DNA of 20,000 nucleotides from IMG/VR virus record IMGVR_UViG_3300044448_003347; one strand, written 5' to 3'. Under the pieces are notes generated by a model that was not told the origin of the DNA, did not search any database, and worked only from the letters and a program-made list of their open reading frames with translations. This stretch comes from an uncultured virus (IMG/VR IMGVR_UViG_3300044448_003347) (lineage: Duplodnaviria; Heunggongvirae; Uroviricota; Caudoviricetes). Shown here in pieces: positions 7,462 to 13,900 of the stretch. A program made the translations under genes and the position numbers. Position 1 is the first letter of the stretch; each line of letters begins with the position of its first letter.

Positions 7462-10131
7462 TTACTTCTTGAGGAGTGCTTTCAATTCTTCGATCTGAAC
7501 TTGTTGAGCCTTTACAGCCTCGACGAGAACAGAAGTAAGTCTTGAGTAGTCAACTCCCTGTACTCCGTCATCAGCAGTGTGAACTGCCTTTGGAAGAACA
7601 GATTGAACGTCTTGAGCGATGAAACCGAAGTCTCTTTCACCGGAATCTTTCCAAGTGAACTCGACGCCCTTGAGGGACATAACAGTGTCAAGAGCAGTGT
7701 TGCCCATAGAAGCAACGTCACTCTTAAGGCTTTCGTCCGAGTAAGTAACAAATGCAGCAGCACGAACTTTGTTGATGTTGTTAGATCCGTTAGCAACGTC
7801 CAAAGCGTACTCAGAAGTGGCATCGCCACCGAGGTTAAGCATTGTTCCACCGGAACTATCGACGAACTGAAGAACGTGGTTTGATGCGTCGTAGCGCATC
7901 AATTCATTCGCTGCTCCACCGTAAGCTATGATGTTGGCTCCAGATCCATCAGCACCGGCAAGGATGTTGCTTCCAGCATTGATAGTGCCATCTACGCCGA
8001 AGGATGTACCTCCAGCGCCATAGCCTGCACCAACAGCCATACCAGTCGCAGTCATCGTTACCCTATCACCTCCGCCGACTTCAAACTGAATTTGATCGTC
8101 AGCAGCAGAACGGATAGAAGTGTCAGCATCAGCATCAAGATCAATGCGTCCTTGACCGTTGAGATCAATATCGTCAACATAAAGCTTCTTAAAAGCAACG
8201 CCGTCTGCACCAAGATCAACATCACTGTCAGTCTGTGGTCCAAGTACGCCGTCTGCAACATAAACTTGCTCTGCATTTGCAGCGTAGAAGTGAATTTCAT
8301 CTGCTGTCTCGAAGTCAATCTTTGTTTGATCATCTTCACCGATTTTAAGGTCGGTTGCAAGAATAGATGTGATTGCAGTTTGTGCTGCGTCGATTACAAA
8401 ATCTAAGTTATTGTCAGTAGAGTCATAAGAAACAGAAATACCAGTCTCTGTACCATCGAGCATTGCTCCAACATGGTCTTCAACAACTACTTGTAATGTA
8501 GCACCATTAACAGTAATCGCATCAGCTTCAAGTGTACCATCAATATCAGCGTTTCCACTAATATCAAGAGAAGCACCGTCAATCTCGCCAGTAACAGTGA
8601 TGCTGTCTACGAAAGCGTCTTTGAAGCGAGCAGCAGTTGTTCCAAGATCAACATCAGAATCAGTTTCTGGGCGGAGAACTCCGTCTTCAAGTCTTACTTC
8701 AGTTGTTCCGCCAATGTTAAAATCAAGAGCGGTGTTGCTGTGGTCATAAAGAACTGAAGCGTTTCCTGCTAAGTCATGACCTCCACCGATTTTCAAACCA
8801 CCGCCATCAGAGTTGGCAGAGGAAGCTGAAACAGCAGAAATGATTAATTTGTCAGCAACTTCAAGTGTTGATTCTGTTTGAGCAATACTGTTAAGAGTTA
8901 CAACATCAAGGTTGGTGATCTTTGCATGTGAAGCAGTAAGTTGTTGTGCCACATTAACATGACCTGTGAAAGTCACTGTGTCGTTTGCTTGGTCACCAAA
9001 AGTAACATTTCCACCCAAATCGACATTAAAGTCTAACTTAGTAGCAGCGATTGCAGCATTAGATGCGACAGAAGCGTTAACAACAGCGTTAGCAGCCAAC
9101 TCATCGGCACCGACAGCATCATCAGCAAGCATGCTGTTTTCAACTGCTTGAGCAGCAATAGTTAAAGCACCACCAGCGGCGATTGTAGCATCGCCAGAGA
9201 TGTTTGCAAAGATTGAGTCTTCAAAGTTAGAGAAAGTAACCGACTTGTTAGTTCCGCCTGCGCCGTCGTCAATGACCAACAAATCAGCTTGTGCTACAGA
9301 TGCTCCACCAAGAGCAGTTGCGCCATCAATGTCCAAAGCAGCCAAAGAAACTTTGTTTGCACTAGTGAGTTGGTTCAACTTGCTGTCAGCGATAGAGCCT
9401 GCAAGCATTGCATTAGTAACACCCGATGCTTTCACGCGGAGAGCATCAGAGTTAAGCTCGATTGAGCTATCATCGACACCAACTGCGAGAACACCAGAAG
9501 AGGCAGCAAGACCGTCACCAGCGACAGCAGTCATAAGATCAGCAACAGATTCGACCTTTGCATCGCCAGTAGCCCCACCATCAAGGAACATGAAGTGGTC
9601 ACTTCCGACAGCGATAGCTTCTGCTCCGAGGAGTCCCGGTCCATCTTTGAAAAGGTTATCAACACCAATCTTCTTAAGGGTTCCGCCATCGCTGATCATC
9701 AATTCGTCAGCAGCAGCGAGTCCATCAGAAGCTAATTCTGTTTGACCAGAAATAACATCGTCATTGAGCATTCCGCTTTCAACAGCATCAGCTTGGATAG
9801 TGACGGCACCACCTGCTGCGATTGCGACATCGCCGGAAACATTTCCGAAGATTGCATCTTCCATGTTAGAAAAAGTAATTTTCTTTTCAGTTCCAGCATC
9901 AGAAAAGATGAAGTGATCTCCTTGAGCAACACCTGTTCCCCCAAGAGCATCGAACTGATCAATGTCAAAGCCTAGCTGCTTTTGTGTGTTTGCACCAGCC
10001 TTAACATAGAGTCTTGTATCGGAACCAGATCCAGAAGCGTAAAGCAATACCTTGTCGGTAGCCCCAGTGGGGATATCTCCGGTATCTACCTTATCTACCT
10101 CCAATCCGGTTTGTGATAATTGAGTAGCCAT
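7462..10131 (-). CDS. Long repeat-rich trimeric fibre/spike protein with C-terminal intramolecular chaperone (Peptidase S74) domain
   Basis: The C-terminus YSDESLKSDV...LKGVEFTWKD...FGFIAQDV..VLP..V...VDYSRL..VLVEAVK.QQ.QIEELK is a canonical S74 domain (7462-7740). The body is rich in A/G/D with internal repeats. SD GGGAG. Confidence 0.85.
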   Translation of the reverse strand: MATQLSQTGLEVDKVDTGDIPTGATDKVLLYASGSGSDTRLYVKAGANTQKQLGFDIDQFDALGGTGVAQGDHFIFSDAGTEKKITFSNMEDAIFGNVSGDVAIAAGGAVTIQADAVESGMLNDDVISGQTELASDGLAAADELMISDGGTLKKIGVDNLFKDGPGLLGAEAIAVGSDHFMFLDGGATGDAKVESVADLMTAVAGDGLAASSGVLAVGVDDSSIELNSDALRVKASGVTNAMLAGSIADSKLNQLTSANKVSLAALDIDGATALGGASVAQADLLVIDDGAGGTNKSVTFSNFEDSIFANISGDATIAAGGALTIAAQAVENSMLADDAVGADELAANAVVNASVASNAAIAATKLDFNVDLGGNVTFGDQANDTVTFTGHVNVAQQLTASHAKITNLDVVTLNSIAQTESTLEVADKLIISAVSASSANSDGGGLKIGGGHDLAGNASVLYDHSNTALDFNIGGTTEVRLEDGVLRPETDSDVDLGTTAARFKDAFVDSITVTGEIDGASLDISGNADIDGTLEADAITVNGATLQVVVEDHVGAMLDGTETGISVSYDSTDNNLDFVIDAAQTAITSILATDLKIGEDDQTKIDFETADEIHFYAANAEQVYVADGVLGPQTDSDVDLGADGVAFKKLYVDDIDLNGQGRIDLDADADTSIRSAADDQIQFEVGGGDRVTMTATGMAVGAGYGAGGTSFGVDGTINAGSNILAGADGSGANIIAYGGAANELMRYDASNHVLQFVDSSGGTMLNLGGDATSEYALDVANGSNNINKVRAAAFVTYSDESLKSDVASMGNTALDTVMSLKGVEFTWKDSGERDFGFIAQDVQSVLPKAVHTADDGVQGVDYSRLTSVLVEAVKAQQVQIEELKALLKK

Positions 10132-10177
10132 ATATAAATCCTCCCATAGATTTAATGATTAAATTTTTTATATTAAG

Positions 10178-10204
10178 TTAAAGAAAAAGCGCCGGAAGGC
10201 GCTT
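10178..10204 (-). terminator. Terminator-like hairpin in the 5' leader of the 889-aa fibre gene
   Basis: Minus strand AAGCGCC-TTCC-GGCGCTT (perfect 7-bp stem) followed by TTTCTTT. Confidence 0.6.
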
Positions 10205-10228
10205 GAAGCACGAGATTGTGCTCATATA

Positions 10229-10236
10229 TAAATAGT
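10229..10236 (-). promoter_or_regulatory. Putative late promoter motif ACTATTTA upstream of the 889-aa fibre gene
   Basis: Same 8-mer as at 1375 and 7103, in the largest intergenic gap, about 97 nt upstream of the ATG. Confidence 0.55.
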
Positions 10237-10319
10237 TTTGAGGATTGGATTTGTGACTTGATAAAATTACTTATTTAAGTATTTTATTGTAATTGTATGA
10301 AAGGATTGGCAAAAAAATA

Positions 10320-10841
10320 TTAGTGGTGACCGTCACTATTTCTGGCTGCACTAATTCCAGAGCCGCTCAACTCATACATTTCTTCTGGAGGAACGCCTGT
10401 GAGTTCAGCAAAAATTGAAAAGTTATTGGCGTCTGCTTCTTGTAAGGGACCGCCTACTACACCCGCTGTTCCAAATGCAGTCGTTGCGTGTTGTGGACCG
10501 GGGCTAATATAAAGCTCTTTGCACTTAATGTTCATAGTGAAAGATCCAGTGGTATCTCCAACTATATTTGTACAAGGAACGAGAACATATTGACCTGCGG
10601 TGATTGCAGAAGGAGAGGTTGCTTTAGAGACGAAGTGAATAGCAAGATTGCTCCCAGAACAATTATTAGTAATAGTAATGCTCCTTGTTACAGTTGGAAA
10701 GGTTACCTTGTATTCTTTTGAATTTTTGAAAGTTTTAGCTGTTTCATAGTCTACTACAGAGGCAGTAGCATAGGGCTTCCCTGCTACCTGATATGCTGCT
10801 GAATTGCCTATTCCACTTCCTCTTGGTGAATAAATTGCCAT
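10320..10841 (-). CDS. Hypothetical protein, probably virion structural (beta-rich, G/S/T-rich)
   Basis: 173-aa ORF whose SD (AGGAG) overlaps the rpsU stop. Alternating beta-strand-like segments (VTFPTVTRSITITN, FTMNIKCKELYIS). The structural role is inferred from context. Confidence 0.7.
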   Translation of the reverse strand: MAIYSPRGSGIGNSAAYQVAGKPYATASVVDYETAKTFKNSKEYKVTFPTVTRSITITNNCSGSNLAIHFVSKATSPSAITAGQYVLVPCTNIVGDTTGSFTMNIKCKELYISPGPQHATTAFGTAGVVGGPLQEADANNFSIFAELTGVPPEEMYELSGSGISAARNSDGHH

Positions 10842-10852
10842 TTTATTTTCTC

Positions 10853-11089
10853 CTAGTCTTTATATTTAGCATCGCGTTCTCTTTGTAGCCTTTTTAAAAT
10901 TCTATTGCGCTCTTTCTTTTTTCTTCGGCGCTTATCTGTTGGCTTCTCAAAGAACATATGTTTTTCTCGCCATTCATCTTGAATGCCTTCTTTTTTAACT
11001 TTTTTAATAAATCTCTTAATCATTCTTTCAGGAGATTCATTTTTTCTTGGTGTAACCTCTACATTAACTGGTTTTGCTTTTTTACGCAT
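10853..11089 (-). CDS. rpsU: Phage-encoded 30S ribosomal protein bS21
   Basis: 78-aa basic protein: VEV...NES.ERMIKRF.KKVKKEGI..E.RE...FEKP..KRRRKK matches the bS21 signature (E...A/M..RFK...K.G...E.R.R..Y/FEKP...R). Confidence 0.9.
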   Translation of the reverse strand: MRKKAKPVNVEVTPRKNESPERMIKRFIKKVKKEGIQDEWREKHMFFEKPTDKRRRKKKERNRILKRLQRERDAKYKD

Positions 11090-11096
11090 CTTATAC

Positions 11097-11507
11097 CTAC
11101 TTTATTAACTGTTCCCAAGAAGACGCTGCCCCAAGTAAACTTGAAATGTCTACTCCAGAGTCGCTTGGGTCTACACCCTCTAGTGCCGAGGAAGGCGTAG
11201 CTTCTGGTGATCCGCCTTTTTTCATTGGCGTTGTGCCCTCAAAAAGATCTATGCCCCCAAAAGAATCTTTTCCAATAGCATCAAGCATTCTTTTTCTTGT
11301 CTCTGCTAATTTTTCTTTTCTTTTTTCCATTGCTTCCAAATTAGCTTGCTCTTTAAATGTCTGCTGCACAGCAACCGGCTGCTGGGATACTTGCGCTTGC
11401 CCTACCGCTTTTACTACTTCTGAAATAACGCTCTTAAGAACACCCTCTTCAACAAGGACTTCCTTAACGCTTTCTTTAATCATTTCTTTGAACTCACTCT
11501 TTTTCAT
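11097..11507 (-). CDS. Hypothetical protein, possible prohead core/internal protein
   Basis: 136-aa ORF starting 1 nt after the protease stop. The N-terminal amphipathic helix FKEMIKESVKEVLVEEG carries I/L-x-E sites. Confidence 0.7.
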   Translation of the reverse strand: MKKSEFKEMIKESVKEVLVEEGVLKSVISEVVKAVGQAQVSQQPVAVQQTFKEQANLEAMEKRKEKLAETRKRMLDAIGKDSFGGIDLFEGTTPMKKGGSPEATPSSALEGVDPSDSGVDISSLLGAASSWEQLIK

Positions 11508-11508
11508 T

Positions 11509-12105
11509 TTAATCCTTTACGATATCATTTAAAAGTCTGTTGATCTTGTCTGCCTTGGTCCACATATTTGGCTCTTTATTCTCTTTCATCATAAAAGCGC
11601 CTGTTGTGGATGGCTCAGAGACCATATCAAAACAAATCAACTGAAAATCATCATTAACTCTGGCTGCGCCATTGTTCTCATCAACAGTACCCAAGCCACG
11701 GGAAGAGATGCCTACTTGGCATCCGCCTTCAACAAGTGCCCTAAGTGTCTTACCTGCTGGCGTTTCAAGCACTTTAATTTTGCCCATAACATCTTTGCCC
11801 TCAAACCACACTTCTGTGACCAGATGAGAGGCATTTGCAAGATTAACGATAGACGATTCTGGATGGTCTAGCTCGCCTAGTGCTCTTTTTTCCTTGACAA
11901 GTTTCTTGTAGTTCTCTACTTCTCTCTCTAAAACTCGCATAGGATAAACTCTGCCATTTCCGTTTTGCGCTTCCGCCCTCTGCATCACGCCGGAAAGAAT
12001 GAGCCCACCATTTGCGACATATCGCTTTTCCTCTTCCGTTAGAAGATCTTGGCATGTTCCACCTTCACATAGTTGATAAAATTCTGTTAATAACATCCTT
12101 GACAT
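11509..12105 (-). CDS. Prohead maturation protease (T4 gp21-like)
   Basis: Motifs NGNGRVYP, ALGELDHP, ASH (catalytic His), TPAGK, GISSRGLG (catalytic Ser) and FDMVSEPS..GAF. Confidence 0.96.
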   Translation of the reverse strand: MSRMLLTEFYQLCEGGTCQDLLTEEEKRYVANGGLILSGVMQRAEAQNGNGRVYPMRVLEREVENYKKLVKEKRALGELDHPESSIVNLANASHLVTEVWFEGKDVMGKIKVLETPAGKTLRALVEGGCQVGISSRGLGTVDENNGAARVNDDFQLICFDMVSEPSTTGAFMMKENKEPNMWTKADKINRLLNDIVKD

Positions 12106-12140
12106 AATAATAATCCTTTGACGGGCATTACCCGTGCGAG

Positions 12141-12194
12141 CTAGGAGCCTCTACAGCAACGTCTAACTGGTTGTAACATCCATTTCGCATTCAT
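12141..12194 (-). CDS. Putative 17-aa peptide MNAKWMLQPVRRCCRGS
   Basis: Below the ORF track cutoff. Ideal SD AAGGAGG at 12200-12206 overlaps the upstream stop, with 5-nt spacing to the ATG; the ORF fills the intergenic gap. Confidence 0.6.
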   Translation of the reverse strand: MNAKWMLQPVRRCCRGS

Positions 12195-12205
12195 AAGAAC
12201 CTCCT

Positions 12206-12520
12206 TTACTCGTGAATATTGTTTACTTTTATACCACTATCGCTAATAACAACGTTTAAAGCATATGATGTAGCCGAAGACAAACATCCTAAAATCAACA
12301 AATTAGCGATATTATACTCAAAATTAAATAGTTCTGTTAAGCCATTTATTCCGAACAAAAATACACCGACCCAAAAACCCGTACACATAGGGCAATGGAT
12401 AAGTGTGCCAAACCAATCAGATTTTTCCATAATCCAATTACGCTGGTTTTCAAAAATTGTTCCGTAAACTAAAATCTGGGTCATGCCCCAAGAGGCGAGA
12501 ATAAAATATAAAAGTTCCAC
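12206..12520 (-). CDS. Small membrane protein with CxxC motif (DUF1360-like)
   Basis: Three hydrophobic segments and LIHCPMCTGFWVG, the CPxCxxxW pattern typical of DUF1360. The GTG start overlaps the upstream TAG. Confidence 0.7.
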   Translation of the reverse strand: MELLYFILASWGMTQILVYGTIFENQRNWIMEKSDWFGTLIHCPMCTGFWVGVFLFGINGLTELFNFEYNIANLLILGCLSSATSYALNVVISDSGIKVNNIHE

Positions 12521-13068
12521 TATTCGTACCTATACATCCCTGCTAATCCATAATAATAACCCGGATACCCCGGACTTAGTGTTCCCTTCTTTTCTTCCTG
12601 TGGGACCTCACCTAATTCTGTGCTGTCCTCTTTGTCTGGGTCGAGGAGCCTTTCGTCTTCAACTTCATCCGTATAATCAAATGATTTAATATATTGCTGC
12701 TCTGATTCCATAAACCCGGCAATGTTGTAAAGAACTATTTCCGTTAGGTGTTCCACTTTTGCTTCTTTGGGGTAGACAGCCTCAATCGCTCCAAAAACAT
12801 TTGACCCTTTTACGCTTTCAGGAAAGATAACTCCTTTCTTAAAAAGATATTCAAAAAACCTATTTTGACTCTTGTAGACCAATTCTCCAAAATCTTTCTT
12901 TGAATAAACCGTGACTTTTCCGCTCTGCTCATCCAAGACGATATCCATATCGATGTGATTAAAAACCATAATTTGACCAGATAGGGAGCGCTTGATATCA
13001 AGCTTTTTAATCTCGCTTTCCATCACCTCCAATGGTAACTGATTTTTGATGCTAATTTTAATACTCAT
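12520..13068 (-). CDS. Hypothetical protein (182 aa)
   Basis: Tightly packed ORF in the operon with an acidic region and a Tyr/Gly-rich C-terminus; no recognisable family. Confidence 0.75.
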   Translation of the reverse strand: MSIKISIKNQLPLEVMESEIKKLDIKRSLSGQIMVFNHIDMDIVLDEQSGKVTVYSKKDFGELVYKSQNRFFEYLFKKGVIFPESVKGSNVFGAIEAVYPKEAKVEHLTEIVLYNIAGFMESEQQYIKSFDYTDEVEDERLLDPDKEDSTELGEVPQEEKKGTLSPGYPGYYYGLAGMYRYE

Positions 13069-13069
13069 T

Positions 13070-13900
13070 TTAGTTTTTTATTTCCCTAGCCAATTCTTGG
13101 ATCTTTAAGATCTTTTTTAGATCTGCGTCTCCTAAAGGATTTTGGCTAAAACCCTCTAAAAACTCTAATACTTGTTTGGCTTTTTTTGCCATTTCTTTGT
13201 CTTCTTTAAGCTCTTTACAATCTTTAGCAGAAACTATCTCCTCTTTTAATCTACCAATCTCTGCGTTTAAATAGATTTTAAACTCAAGCTCATCACCAAC
13301 ACCAGAAGAAACAAACCTAGATAGTAAAGTCTTTTGTTCCTCCAGAAGACCGGAATATTCATTATTAAATCTTTCAACAAATGATTTAAAAACAAGGTTA
13401 TCAATGTGTTTTAAATCTTTAACTTCAGATTGGTTATTTGATTCTAACATTAGATCTAGGACTTCCTGCTCTAGCAAAACTCTCTCTTTGGCTGAGAGGT
13501 CTAAATTATTAAACACTTGATGCAAAGTTGCTAAGTTTTTATAATTTGGGACAAAAGTAGTAAACACATCTTTTGAAAGTTCTTTGTTTATTCTAGAAAT
13601 CATTTGACTCTGCTCTAAGAAAAGTGCCTTTTTATTAATGACAGAATATTCTATTTTAGATTCGGAAAGAATTTTTTCAGCAATATTTTGGTGTGCATCT
13701 TTAGTCTCCAAAATACTCTTATAGATACGGACCTCCTTTCCCATCAAAGTATTGTTGGCGAAGTGCTCTTTTACAATGCCCAAGATAGTTTCTCTTCTGC
13801 TTTGGTCCTTCTCTACAGTCGCTTTTGTTAGTTCTCTAACAAGCGCTTCGTAAAGAAAAATAGTGTTTCTTTTTTTGTTGTGCTTAATTTTCGTTGACAT
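13070..13900 (-). CDS. Hypothetical helical protein downstream of portal (276 aa)
   Basis: Overlaps the portal stop by 17 nt. N-terminus KIKHNKKRNTIFLYEAL; K/E-rich helical composition. Confidence 0.8.
   Translation of the reverse strand: MSTKIKHNKKRNTIFLYEALVRELTKATVEKDQSRRETILGIVKEHFANNTLMGKEVRIYKSILETKDAHQNIAEKILSESKIEYSVINKKALFLEQSQMISRINKELSKDVFTTFVPNYKNLATLHQVFNNLDLSAKERVLLEQEVLDLMLESNNQSEVKDLKHIDNLVFKSFVERFNNEYSGLLEEQKTLLSRFVSSGVGDELEFKIYLNAEIGRLKEEIVSAKDCKELKEDKEMAKKAKQVLEFLEGFSQNPLGDADLKKILKIQELAREIKN

Noticed and set aside
10178..10225. Possible 15-aa leader peptide MSTISCFKRLPALFL spanning the twin hairpins
   Set aside because: No SD, and the ATG is only 3 nt from the promoter motif, so it probably lies at or before the transcription start. 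There is no regulatory codon run. It cannot be fully excluded as a leaderless ORF.
12106..12143. TAG read-through (recoding with a downstream hairpin) fusing the RRCC peptide to the protease
   Set aside because: The read-through frame is not the protease frame and reaches TAA shortly after; the peptide is also out of frame with the upstream DUF1360-like gene.
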